From Lama glama (lineage: Eukaryota), in assembly GCA_028534125.1 (NCBI GenBank), contig CM052817.1, forward strand, positions 3,598,001-3,662,000: a DNA stretch of 64,000 bases. The letters are read 5' to 3'. Each line of letters opens with the position of its first letter. Position 1 is the first letter of the stretch. Made by a program: the position numbers and the translations under genes. Of the stretch, positions 50,769 through 62,900 are shown one piece after another. The notes beneath the pieces are model-generated. The model was not told the DNA's origin. It ran no database searches and worked only from the letters and a program-made list of their open reading frames with translations.

Positions 50769-51619
50769 GTACTCCTGGGAAGTGGCAGCAAGATGAAATA
50801 CTGGTTCAGGGAAGTTGGGGCACCATCAAGTGGGAGGGTCTGGAAAGATTACGGAGCTGGGGTGACGTCTCTCCTCCCTACCTCTCACAATGCCTTGGAA
50901 GTGGGCATGTATCCTTGACAATTATGGACCAGAATATAGCCAGACTTTCCCTTTCTAATATGGATGAAAGCTTCCTCTTCCTGGAATGAGAGCTCCTCAG
51001 AGACCCTGCAGAGGATAGCCAGCACATCCCTCTCTCAAGGAACCTACTGCACATGACTCCAGTCCAGCCCTCCCCTTTTCCTCTGGGACAAACATCTTGA
51101 TAGAAGCTCCCTGACATAAAGAAAGCAAAACCCAGGACAGGTGCCTCTTAGTCCCCGCTACTGTGTCAGTACCCAGTGAGCGCTCCTGACCCATTGTCCT
51201 GGGGGTTTCGGGGACCCAAGGATAAACAAGTTCCTGGCAGGAGGCACAGGACACAAAGTGAGCAGGGCCATGAGTGAGCGCATGTGAGGTGGTGGGAGAG
51301 GCCGCAGAGCCCGTGTGAAGCTCGTCTGGCCTTCGCCACCACTGCTCTCCAGGCAAAACCAGCTCTCTCCTCCGTGCGCCTACTGCTGTCAAGCCTGCAC
51401 ACCTGCCTGTGTCTCCCAACTCCTACTCCGCCAGGCGGGGCGCCGGGTCTCGCCCAAAGTGTGCACTTGACAGAGACCTAGGGAAAAATTCCCAAAGGCT
51501 AGGGAATCGGCCCTGGTGCCAGCCACCCACAGTCCGAATCCCCCCTTTACTACTTCCTGCTGTGTGACCTTGGGCGTGTGGCTTAGCCTCTCTGGGCCAG
51601 GTTGGGTCGTGCAACCCTG

Positions 51620-53000
51620 GGGCGCGCGAACTGGCCCGGCCTCCCGGGCCCTGCGCGGCGGCGCCGAACCCGCAGGTGCGCCGGCCTCCCGCGGGCGCGC
51701 ACGGCCCGCCGCTCACCCAGTTTCCGAAGCCGAACTGCTCGATGGCATCCAGCAGCAGCTGCTCCTCGCGACTGGTCCAGCCACCCTCGGCCTCGGGTCC
51801 CCACAGCGTGAAGCGCCCGCCGTCCACCAGCTGGTAGCCGTGGTAGCGGCGGTGGTGGCCGATCTCGGCGCCGGCCGAGAAGCACTCGGGGCACAGCTCG
51901 ATGTCCTGGCACTCGGTGCAGCGGAAGCGCAGCGGGCTCACCTCGGCCAGGCAGTACACGCAGTACTTCTTACCGAGCTCCGCCATCTTCCCCCGCCCGC
52001 CGCCCGCGCCCGCCGCCGCGCCCGCCGCCGTCAGAGCGCCGCCGCCCGGGCCCGCCGCCGCGCTCGAGCAACCGCCGCCTGCCGCCGCGGCCGCCGCCAG
52101 CGCGCCGCCCCGCCCAGGCGCCGCCGGAGCCGGCCAGCCGGGCCGCGTCCCGCCTCAACACGCAGGCGCGCTCGGGCCGGCCCGGCCGCCGCCGCCGCCG
52201 TCGCCCCGCCGCACCGCGCAGGCGCCCCGCGCGCGCCACCTCGCGGGGACCTGGCCCGCCGCTCTGCGCCTGCGCGGCCCTCGCGCCGGCTGCCCGTGGC
52301 TCCCAGCGCCACCCCGACGTCCCGCCCCAGGCTGGGCGCGGGGAAAAGGGCGAAAAGAAGCGCGGCGGATGCGCCACGCCCCTCGCTGAGCGAGCCTACG
52401 TCCTCCCCCAATCAACGCCACCCCTCGTCCTCCCGCGGCCTCCTATTGGTCTTCTCTTGCCGGGAGGCGGGGAGAAGGGGGCAGGGCGTCGCGCTGACGT
52501 CCAGCCAATCGCCGGGCCCACCGTGTGCGCCCCTGGTTGCCCCTGGAAACCTAACAGTACGCATCCCTGGTCCGCAGCGCTGGCCCTGCGGGAGGGAGAT
52601 GGACGACCACTCCGATCACACTGGGGACCCCGAGAGGGAAAATGGAGATGCGGAGAGCCTGGCCTCGCGGCTGTCCATGATCAAGACTAGCTCTGGCCCC
52701 CAGTCCCCTGCCGAACCCATGGAGCCGGAGTCGGAGCCGGACCCAGAGGCTGTAGAGGCTTCAGAGGGAGGTGGCGCTGCGGCCGAGCCGGCTGAGTCCC
52801 AGGAAGGGCCGGTGGCCACCGAGGCTGCGGGCGAGGAGGGGCCCGGAGAGCCGGAGTGGCCGGCGGAGGCCGAGTCTGGGGAGCCCGCCGAGACCGGGCC
52901 TGAGGAGCCAGCCAAGCCAGGGTCCAAAGATGGGCCCCAGGAACCACTGAAGGAGGAGAAGGCGGACGAGGACGAGGAGGACGCAGAGGACGCGGAGGAG
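51620..53000. promoter_or_regulatory. CpG island and bidirectional promoter shared by TADA2B and CCDC96
   Basis: Very high CpG density; start codons are about 610 bp apart and divergent. CCAAT boxes at 52408, 52445 (reverse) and 52505; CRE-like TGACGT at 52495; NRF1-like TGCGCCTGCGC at 52265; YY1 motif AAGATGGCGG over the TADA2B ATG; X-box at 52536-52550. Confidence 0.88.
51717..51986 (-). CDS. TADA2B: TADA2B coding exon 1 (ZZ zinc finger and start of SANT domain)
   Basis: Encodes MAELGKKYCVYCLAEVSPLRFRCTECQDIELCPECFSAG...WTSREEQLLLDAIEQFGFGNW; 270 nt. Donor TGG|gtgagc; strong Kozak aagATGG. Confidence 0.97.
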
Positions 53001-54272
53001 GCGGCGGAGCCGAGGAAGAAGGAAGTCTCGTCTCATGTCCCTCTGCAGCTGTCCTCGACCCGCAAGGAAGAGGCTGCGCCAGCCCGGGAGGCTGAGCCGG
53101 AGGGACACGTGGAGGAGGAAGGGAAAGAGAGCGAGGAGACTGAGGAGACCGAGAGGAAGCGTGTGGAAGGACGCCGGGAGAAAAGAGAGGAAGAGCTGAG
53201 AAATGTGGACAGGGAACTCGAGTCTGACGATTACGAGTGGACTGAGGAGGTGCAGAAGCGGCAGGAGCAGCAGCTGCGCGCCGAGCTCCTGGAACAGTAC
53301 CACTCCCTGATGGTGGAGCGAGGTCGCTACCAGCGCTACAACATCTACCTGCAGCACAAGATCTTCGAGGCGCTGCGCAAGAAGAAGGGCCTGGATGCAG
53401 CCGAGGTGCCTGACAAGGACACGGAGCCTGAGGCGCCCGAGAAAGAGCAAGCATACCTACACCATCTGGTCCTGCTGGAGGATCTGAGGAAGCAACAGGC
53501 AGACGACCTGAGCTGGTATCACCAGGAGCTGGACCAGCTGAAGCAGCAGTGCAGAGAGAAGCTCTCCCAGGTGGAGAAGGAATGGCTTCACTTCCAGGCA
53601 CTCAAGAAGCAGGTGGTGATGCAGGCCATGGGCAGCTGTCGGATGCAGGGTGGTCGCCAGGCCGCTCTGCAGGAGGTGGAGCAGATCCAGGCGTTGGAGG
53701 ATAAGAAGGAGAAGGAGATGAGCGCCGTGAGGCTGGAGAATGTGCAGCTGAAACAGAGTCTGGTGCATTTTGAAACCAGGATGAAGGCCCAGGAGGACCT
53801 GACTGAGGGCCTGCTCCTTATAGATTTTGAACAGCTTAAGATTGAGAACCAGACTTTCAATGAGAAAGTTGAGGAGCGAAATGAGGAACTTTTAAAATTA
53901 CGCACCAAGATGACCAACAATGTGCAAATAATAACGCACGTGAAGGAAAAGTTACACTTTGTGGATACAGAAAATGCTTGTAAAAAGTCAGAGCTTATGG
54001 AGATTGAGGCTCAGGTGGCTCTAAGGAGGGACATCTTGACCAAGACCAAGCAAGCCCGAGACAGCCTGCGGATCGACAACATCAAGCTGAATCAGAAGTG
54101 TGGGCTTCTGGGCAAGGAATCTCTCCTTCGGGACATGGAGGAGAAGGTGGACAGGACTGAGGAGCTCAACCGGCGCTTGGAATCCCTGAAGCACCATCAC
54201 GCCGGGCTGACTTTGTCCTGCAGGGGTGTGAGGCAGAAGATCAGGGAAGCCAAAGCCTTTCTGCCCTCTTGA
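52599..54272 (+). CDS. CCDC96: CCDC96/CFAP184, intronless cilia- and flagella-associated coiled-coil protein, 557 aa
   Basis: First in-frame ATG (gagATGG) of the long ORF. Glu/Pro/Ala-rich acidic N-terminus, then a coiled coil with the DUF4201-type motif GLLLIDFEQLKIENQTFNEKVEERNEELLKLR, ending KIREAKAFLPS*. Head-to-head with TADA2B, as in other mammals. Confidence 0.93.
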   Translation: MDDHSDHTGDPERENGDAESLASRLSMIKTSSGPQSPAEPMEPESEPDPEAVEASEGGGAAAEPAESQEGPVATEAAGEEGPGEPEWPAEAESGEPAETGPEEPAKPGSKDGPQEPLKEEKADEDEEDAEDAEEAAEPRKKEVSSHVPLQLSSTRKEEAAPAREAEPEGHVEEEGKESEETEETERKRVEGRREKREEELRNVDRELESDDYEWTEEVQKRQEQQLRAELLEQYHSLMVERGRYQRYNIYLQHKIFEALRKKKGLDAAEVPDKDTEPEAPEKEQAYLHHLVLLEDLRKQQADDLSWYHQELDQLKQQCREKLSQVEKEWLHFQALKKQVVMQAMGSCRMQGGRQAALQEVEQIQALEDKKEKEMSAVRLENVQLKQSLVHFETRMKAQEDLTEGLLLIDFEQLKIENQTFNEKVEERNEELLKLRTKMTNNVQIITHVKEKLHFVDTENACKKSELMEIEAQVALRRDILTKTKQARDSLRIDNIKLNQKCGLLGKESLLRDMEEKVDRTEELNRRLESLKHHHAGLTLSCRGVRQKIREAKAFLPS

Positions 54273-54782
54273 CACAATGATTGAAAGGGTCCACAGAATG
54301 TCTTCAGTCTCAGCAAACCTCATCCTTCATTAACTTTTATTCTCCATCTGTTGCCATTCTTAGAAAGGCCCATGATATTTGGGATGGAATTGTATTTTGT
54401 ATTCTTAGTTTTTCAAGCTTCCAAATTAGTGCTGAGCATAAAACCGAGCACTGTTTATATGGGATGAAGTAAAACAGGTACCGAGAGACAAACATGGATG
54501 ATTTAATGTCCCTGACTTCCAGAAAGCTCTCAAAAGCTGTTTTATATCTGAACAATTCCATAGTTTCAGTGTCCTGATACTGAGAAAAACTGTTCCTCCT
54601 CCATGTGCAGGGTTCAACAAATGGGCAGGGTGTCAAAAAAATTTCCTGTGCATTAAGCTGATTATTAAATCCCCTTTGAATGGATTGCACTTTGTCATCC
54701 CGAGTCACTGTCTCAATTCGAAGCTCACTAATTCCCTTAGTCTAAAGTTGTTTTTCATGTAAGTAGCACCAGCTTCTGGGTT

Positions 54783-54788
54783 AATAAA
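54783..54788 (+). terminator. Candidate CCDC96 poly(A) signal
   Basis: AATAAA about 510 nt after the stop; ATTAAA also at 54664-54669. Confidence 0.45.
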
Positions 54789-57700
54789 AACACCAGGAAC
54801 AGGAGGAATGGTAACTAGGGAACGGGGCTCATGTTCCTTCATCTCTCTTTTTTCAATGAAAGGAAGCTCAGTCTGCTTTACTATGAATGTTTGTTTCTGG
54901 CTCAATGACAGTCTTCAATTCTAATGAAACGTTTTCTTGGATCCACTAAAGAAATGCACTGATCTGTACCAAAAAAAAAAAAAAAAGAAAGAAAGAAATT
55001 TTGTTTTCTAGTGAAGACAAAATAGTGATTGTATTATGTGTTTTTCCAGGTGCAAAATATACAGTGGTGACTGCTGACTGTCCATAAGCCTTTTGTTTTC
55101 AACAAGATATTTTCAGATCTTGGCAACACTACAGACCCTCACTAGGCATGTGATTTTGCACTGTATCAAATATTAAAATGTCTGTCGTTCCTTGAGTTAA
55201 TGTACAACAGGCCTGATAGGTCTAGCTCGTTAACCCAGAGTGATTAACATTTTCAGTTTTCTTTGACGCTTTTGGAGCTAGAGGCCTGGTTTTAATTCTT
55301 CTTAATCTTAGCTTGAATTTTCAGATGCTCAGATTTGGGATTAAAAGTATTTTCTCATCTGTAAACTTAAGAAGGACCATAAGAAGGGTGATCTAGTTTT
55401 TGGTACTACACACCTTTAAAGAACGGTCGAAACCCCACTCTGGGCAGATGACTCGGTTGTTCCATGAGAGTGTCACAATAACTTTTGTCTTTGGATGACA
55501 TGATTTTGTTTTCTAAATGTGTTCCCTTTGAAGCCAATACAGGTTGATTAAAATTGCTTTTCTCACCTGCACAGCTTAAATACACTTTAAAAAAAATAAT
55601 ACTGTACTTATTAAAGCACACAAGCGAGACAGTGAGGGGAGTGAAAGCTTCGCCTCCCTGCTTCCATTCTCCTCATCTTCTACAACTTCTGTCTTCACCA
55701 AGACTAAGGTCAAGCAGTAAATAACTGGCAAATAGGACTTCGTTTTCCCTGCACCGCAAGCTGAAAGCAGCACCGGCCCGCTAGGTTCTTTTGTGGTCGG
55801 GGAGGCTGGCAATGGGCTCAGTGCATTCACCAAGCAAGCAGCTTTCATTATAAGGGTGGCCATGCCTCTGGCTCACAAGAGAGAGAACAGGTTATTTTCA
55901 GCAGATTTTGAACCACTGGCAATTACCCAGGTGGAACCCAACACTGCCTCACCAGCCTTCAGCCCGGTGACAGGCAGGTCTCTGAGAGCACAGAGATACA
56001 AGAGAGACAGACGGGGTTGGTGTTGCTTTAAGCAGCCAAGTTACTAATGTTCTCTCAAGTTATATTACCTCATGCTGGAGATGTTCCAATTAGAAGATGA
56101 ATACTCTGCTGACTACCTCATAATGAGGTTCTTTCTAATTAGATTATAGGAGAGCTCCCGGTCCTGAAATAGCAACACATTTTCACAAACCGTTTAAGAT
56201 TGCCCTCGAGGAAGAATGCCTCGGACCCTAAAGCATCCTCTCCCCAGTTTTACTGACCTCCCTCTGTCCGCGCAGCGGCCTGCGTTTAGCCCCAGCCCAG
56301 CCTTTGATCCACTGCTTTCTGACTGTCCGCTGAGTTCTCTGGGCCCCATGAGACAAAGGCCCTGCGAGGCCTGTTGATTTATCATCCTCCCCAGTGGCCA
56401 GCACAGGGCTGAGCACATAACCAGTGTTCAATAAACTTGTTAGATTAATACATTAATATAATGCCAGTCTCGTTTTCTGAAGATAAGTGTTACTTGCATG
56501 CTTATGGTATGTCGGGCACCAAGTCCTACGTCGGATTCAAAACCAACTACAGGTAGAAAGAGGCTCTCTCAAGAAGTGAGGGAGACGACGGGGAGGCAGG
56601 CCCGCAGCCACGGAATGACGATGCTGCAGACAGAGCCGGCCACCCCACCAGGGACCCGTCCTCCCCGAGGGGAAGGTTAAGGAGTAATGCGGAGTCTGGA
56701 CTAGAAACCCCTAAAACTACCATTATTTTTATGACCACTAAAATCAAGGGCTAAAGACTTTTTCATCTCCTTGTCAAAAAGTACAAGGCCTGAAAAATGC
56801 AGGCACAATAAATTTTGAATGCACTATTGTATGAAACTAGCCTTTTTGTCTTGTTTTCAACATTTTATCCTAATTTAGAACGGACAGATGCACAGCACTT
56901 GCTGATCTGCAGGCTGAGGGCTAAGGCATCGTCGTAAGTGTGAGGACTCTGGTGAACCCTTTTGAATTGCCCTATGGACTTCAGCTTCCCTAACTTTTCC
57001 AGTTCTCACTCACACTCAATTCAATACCAATTTTAATGACATTTGCCCTTTTTGAGACTTTCCAAAGCATTTAGTTTGACGTTCGTAGAAACAAAAATTC
57101 TTTTTTTTCCCCACCATTGGTCTACATGATATTTAATTAAATTATGTAAATACAGTAATTACTACCTCGGGCATAAACAAACTCTGGAACCATGACAATC
57201 ACAATGACTTACACTCAACTCATGGAAGTGGAAGTGGACGTGCTGGAGAGTGGCCCCCCAAGCCAGGAGCATTCAGGGTAAACTGGCCTTGTTTTAAAAA
57301 ATTCGTCTGAGTCAGATGTGTCCCCTTCAATGTTAGTTTTTTTGGTTTGTTTTCGGCAGCCCTGGCAAGAGAGAAGCAGGCACTATGACAGAGCCCAAGG
57401 CATCTGAAAAAGAAACACTTTTTCTTTGGTAAATGAAAATCATTTTTGGTGACTTAACCACATTTATAATTTTTTAACTATAGAAGTGGAAATACATGCT
57501 CTTTTGACAAGTTCCTCTGCAGCCGTTATTTAGCTTTTTGCCACTGGCCAGGGGTGCTTGTCTATGAAATGAGTTAATGCACCCCAACTTGGCAGGGGTA
57601 GTCTTTTAAGTCAGAGTGATGAAGCATGAAAATGCTACGCAAGGAAAGGGCTCCAGGAGACTACATCCCCCATGTTGGGATGACTCGTCAGAGCAGCTAG

Positions 57701-60224
57701 CTGGAGCTGGGACCAGCAGGAAGGGCACTGCTCAAGTCCGTGGCTCCGACTTCGCATGTAATAACCAACGTCTAAATACTTCAGTGAATAAATGTACACC
57801 CTCTCCAATTTTTTAATCGATGAAGTCTTCTATTTTTTCACCCAAAGGATGCCAAGGACTACACAGATGTACCTAGAAGGGGAAGACGTTGTGCAGTGCT
57901 GGAGAAAAGACTTTGGAATCAGGCTGGCCAGCATTCAGCCGTCTTCTGAGTATGCCCTGGGACTAATACCTCAGCTTCCTAAGCCTCAACGTACCCACCT
58001 GTAAAATGGGGACAAATTTATTTATAGGAATAAAAGACAAAAATACGAAAAAAGTCTCTTCTCTGGGTGGTGAAGTTACGACGTGTGTGTTTGTGTTTCT
58101 GTATTTCCAAATTTTGTACCATGACGGGCATTTAATTAGGGGGGAAAAAATCCCAATTTTTAAAATTCATACATTCACCAAGAGTGAGTGTAAGATACTA
58201 AAAGTTTACATGCCAGGAGCATGATTCCAATGGCAGTTGTTTCTTTTAATGACACAATTAGTACAGCATTTTAGGATTATTTTAATCCTCAGAAGCCAGG
58301 GTATAGGTGCTGGGCACCCTTCTTAACCTTCGGTTACAGAAAAGGGAGACAAGGCTTAGAGAATTTAAATTCTCTGGTTCTTAAGAAACCTTAAGAAGTT
58401 GTTGAAATGATTGCTTTTGACCAAGCAAAGCACTGAACTGATTCTCAGACTTCGATGGATGAGGGAGATTAACAAATGTTTACATACTCAAGACCGTCAA
58501 ATTTGAGTTGAATCTTTGTGTCTTCTGTGTCATGTTGTCCGCAGTCAGATTTCTTCCAAAGTCTATTTTCTAAGAATGAAGAACTTTCCTATAATACTAA
58601 AAGGCTTAAAAAATTTTTCCAGTTCTTAACCTCCAGCTAATCTGCCCCTTAAATGTGAATTTACTTTTGGTTGGAACAGTCTCTGCCAGGAGCTCTGAAC
58701 AGGGTGGAGCACTGAAGAAACGTGTTTAAGAAAACTGTGAGACTTGGGTGGAGCCCATGGGCAGGGGAGGAGGCCGCTGGCCCTCTTTCCACAGGGAACC
58801 CCGCAGGGCTCAGGCACCCCGGGCAAGGGGCTCGGGCAGCTAGTCCTGAGGACAGGGCCTTGGCGTTGCCAAGCCTGGTGGGGCAGCTCCGTCCTCGATC
58901 AGGCGAGGAGCCTGGAGCAAAGTAAGTGCACAGCTGAGTCCTAGGTGGGCAGGTCTGTGCTTGGGGGCCCCTCTGAGGACTGGCCTTGGCTCATGGGCCT
59001 CCCCCTCTGGCTGCGCCCTTCTTCTGGTCCCCTAGGGACCAACACTCACCTCAAGGTCCAGCCTGGTGGCTCCCTGCCTCCCGCCCAGCTGGTGCAGCAT
59101 CTCGTTCCCTCTCTTGCCTTGGAGGCAGGCTGCACACATCGGGTGCTGGTTTCCGAACCGTCAGCCCCCCAGTTTCTCTCGGGAAAATATTCCACAACTT
59201 CCACCCCACTGCTCATGCGTTTCCCGGGGACCTCCGCGAGGGGCCGGCCGGTGGGCATGGCCCTCCCTGCTTGGAGTGGAGGTCCGAGCTACCAGAAGCT
59301 TCCAAAGGCCCCAGAACAGAGCTGTTCTCTGGAGAGGGGTGTTTCTGAGCAAGGGCTGGGGAGCCACAAGGCTGGAGTCTGAACTCCAGCTCTGCTGCTA
59401 ACTGGCCATAGGAGCCCAAGCCAATCATTTCTCTGAGCCACAGCTTTGAGCTGGGACACAGGCAGAGCTGCTGTGGAGACCAGTGAGGTCACTGACTGAG
59501 CACTCCACCCAGGGCCTGGCATTGGGGGAGCAGTGAGTAAGCCCCTTCGACCACCCTCGGCCTGCAGAGAATGGAGGGAACAGAACCGTGGCCCAGGGCG
59601 GTGACGCAGTTCGCCCATGGAGATGCAGGGCACAGATTCTGACTGTCGTGTGCAGGCCAAAGACATCAGAGCAGACGCCCCGCAGGCTGCTCTGTCTCTG
59701 GGCAGCACCACCTACAACGTGAGTGCCGCTCTGCCCAGTTCTGCGGGGACCTGAGGCCGGGGCCTGCTCACTGTCACCGCCAGGGGCGGCACTGGGATCT
59801 CCACTCCACAGGTGGAAACGGAGGCACAGTGGCCCAGGGAAGAGGCCGGGCCACCCGACTGCCATCACAGGGCTTCCAGCAGGTTTGAGGTAATGCTGAA
59901 GACCTGCTGGGACGAGTGGCAGGCCTAGGGGTGTGCGCGGGAGGATGGGGCAGACTCGTGGGCCTGAGGGACCACAGACTCTAGCCTCAGGCAGTCTGGC
60001 TTGAGAGAAGCAGCAAGCTTGGGGCTCCCCCCAGCTTAGAAGGAGTAGGGGTGTGGCACTAACTGTCCAATGCCCTGACCAAATGACCACAATTGCATCA
60101 CCTTTTTATGTAACTGAGACTAATAAGGGGATTTTAAAATATTCAAACAGTATGACGCTCAAAGTCAAGTTTCACCATACTTCAAGGTGATAACTCAAAC
60201 TGTAAACCAAACTGCAGTGAACAT

Positions 60225-62834
60225 AAGTAACAATCTTACATGACTTTTATTTAATAAAACCACATATTTACAATCCAAAAAGTCCTAGTTTGATACACTT
60301 TACTAAATAAAATTAAAGGTTAACTGTACAAGCAATTAAAACATGATATTGTAGCAAGTGTCATCAGGAGTCTTCTATCAGCAAACTATTTAAAATAGTC
60401 AAAAAACTGAGCAGTTAAAAAGTACCCTTTGAAGTGAACATTTTTCCAGATGGGATTTTGATGACTGGTGGGGACACCACTTTCAACCCTAAAAGTGCCA
60501 GCTGCCCGGAGTCCTGAACCAGAAGACCCAGGCTCTGAAAACCAACGGTGTGGGAAGGGCAGAGGGCCACCTCCTTGGGGGCAGCATTTCAATTTGTTTC
60601 CAGTTTTACTAAATGGGATTGTCAAGCAGAGCAGCACAGCCCTGTGCAGGCCGGCGGCCCTCTGCCCTCCGTGGAAAGGGGCGAGGTGACCCCAGACGGG
60701 GACTCAGACCTTCCCGGCCTCTGAAGTGGACGTATCGAACCAGCTAGGTCTCGTGTGGCCCCTGAACAGGTCACGAGAACCTCTTCTGAACTGAAGACTT
60801 GGAGGTTTTCCAGACTGGCCTGGAATCCTATTCGAAAACTGAATGCATACATGGTGCTGCCCACGAGGTTTGTATCAAACTGACAACAGCGTTGAGGCTA
60901 GGGTCTGACCACCCCGGGGTCCCAAGAATGCTTTCTGGAGGCCTGCCCGCCGCCCTGTCCCCTTGCTTTCTGTCACCACTTAAGGAACATCTTTATGTAC
61001 AGTAAGAAAATATATACATCTTTCAGGAACAGAAAGCCCACATCACGGAATAAAACTGAGTACATCCGTGAGCAACAGCGGAAGGGCCTCGGCCCGTGAT
61101 GTCGGGGAACGGCTGCGTCTGGAAGGCTGCCGAGAGCTCGGTGGAGACAGACGCCTCCTCCAAGACGTCGGGCAAGTCAGCATTTAAAGGCTGAGGCAGA
61201 AAGTGGTACACGTGCTCAGCTCTGCCACCTCCTGGAAGGTTCAGTCAGGAACAGGAGGGGAAAAAACAATACGGGGCACGAGGACTGCCACTGGCTTGGG
61301 ACTTGCTCTGCACCTGAAGTGTCATCAGCAGACATGGCAGATATAGAAAACCTACAAAAATAACGCCACAGTTAGGCTCTGCCGCCAGCCCGCATCTCCT
61401 TGCTGCACTATGCTCAGAGCTGGGGCTCCCGGGGTCAGAAACGAGGACAGCCACGGGCACTCCGGGGGTTGGGGGTGTGTGGCTGAGGCGGGCTGCAGGG
61501 TGGCAGGCCCCGCCAGCACTCGCTGCAGACAGGAGGCGCCCTTGAGCCTGGCCCGCCGAGCCCTCCCAGAGACCAGCACACTAACGCAGCAGCACATGGC
61601 AACCCGTTTCCATAGAGATCTGCCTGCCCTCTGGACTCCTCTGCAAAAAGTGTTCATTTCTTAGAATTTGGATAACCAAAGTTCTTACTACGAAGTTCTC
61701 CAAATTAGTCAAGAAAAAGCTACAACAAAAAGGCTGCTAATGAACCTGGGGGAAAGCAGCTGCGACGGGGACAGGCTGACGGTTCGGATGCTGAGCATTC
61801 TGGCCAGGCCGTCTGGGCTGCCGGGTGGGTGCTGCTCAGCCCTGACAGCCATCTACCTTTGCGTTAAACGCGTGAGGCGGGATGACTGCACGCAGGACTG
61901 CACCTGCCATCAGGTGACAGAGAGGAGCAAGCTGTCACAGCCAGGGAGCAGCGGCCCCGCGCCCGCCCGCCCCCAGCCTCCATAGAAACGACAGGCTGCA
62001 GGAGCGGGCACGTCTCAACATCCTCTCCCCTCCCCTCTGCTTAAAGGGAGGCTGTCTCCATTCTGTTCTCCACCAGCTTTAAGCCCGTCTTCACTGTCAC
62101 AGGCGTCCGTGAGAAGCTCTTCCTGCTCCAGCTCGCATTACTCAGCAAATGTGGGAGCAATCTCTGGGAGGGCAGGCTGCCCGCAGGAGTCTAGGCGTGC
62201 ATTTTCAGCCCTCGTGCTGTAATTTTGTCAAGGCAATATGGTAAAAGGTCACCCTGAAGGTCAGACCGTGTCCGGGGAGCCCGAGCGCACTCGCCAGGAT
62301 TGAGAGCCTGTCGTCCTGTAATGCTATCTTTGGTAGATGGGCTTCAAAAACAAGACCTCCGGCTCAGGAAAGATTATCTTGGTAACTAAACCAGCAATCC
62401 CTTTCTTACTAAAATATGTAAATATGAGCCAATAACATCTCTGAGGTCTCCAAACAACATTTCTCATGCACCCCGGCTATGAAAGATTGTAATGTACTTT
62501 CCAGTAGTTGACATAAAAGCATTACAATTTAATTAACTTTTGCTGATGAGGGGAGGGGATTAGCCACTGCCCTATTTTTAAACCATGCAGAATATGCAGT
62601 GGTGACCACGGTCAATATTAGGCCATCATCCCACTGAGCTTCTTAAGGCTGAGCCTTGGTTTAATTCTTTAAAAGTTTTTGTTGTTGTTCTATTTTGTTT
62701 AAGGCCAACTCCAGTACTAGGAATCAAACATGGAACAGCCCCTGTTCTTCTGAGCCGCCTGCGTGTCTGCCTGCGGCACCACAGGCGCCGCCTGGAGCCG
62801 TGCTTCAGCACCGAGCGCAAGTCCGCCTGCCGCC
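60225..62834 (-). other. TBC1D14: TBC1D14 3'UTR (about 2.6 kb)
   Basis: Downstream of the TGA on the minus strand, ending in an AT-rich block with a minus-strand AATAAA. Confidence 0.7.
60246..60251 (-). terminator. TBC1D14 poly(A) signal
   Basis: TTTATT on + is AATAAA on -, preceded (in mRNA sense) by TGTA motifs and U-rich sequence. Confidence 0.7.
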
Positions 62835-62900
62835 TCAGTGTCTGAGAGACGGGCTTCCTTTCTCCACGTCCCGGCTGTCCCTCTGCAGTGCGGTCAGTAC
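62835..62900 (-). CDS. TBC1D14: TBC1D14 terminal coding exon (rest of gene lies beyond the window end)
   Basis: Acceptor ctgtgtccccag|GTA. Encodes VLTALQRDSRDVEKGSPSLRH*, matching the recalled TBC1D14 C-terminus. Syntenic position next to CCDC96. Confidence 0.88.
   Translation of the reverse strand, partial: VLTALQRDSRDVEKGSPSLRH

Noticed and set aside
51423..51716. Continuation of the TADA2B ORF past FGFGNW
   Set aside because: This is intron read-through; a canonical donor lies at 51716 and homology resumes in exon 2.
52687..53601. 304-aa and 229-aa minus-strand ORFs
   Set aside because: They are antisense shadows of the GC-rich CCDC96 CDS.
51516..54272. 918-aa ORF as a single protein
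   Set aside because: It starts at GTG, and its first 361 codons are low-complexity translation of the CpG island and TADA2B antisense. The real CDS starts at ATG 52599.
54971..54997. Poly(A) remnant suggesting CCDC96 is a recent retrocopy
   Set aside because: No AATAAA at the right distance and no TSD; the gene is in its conserved syntenic position. Better explained as an A/(GAAA)n microsatellite.
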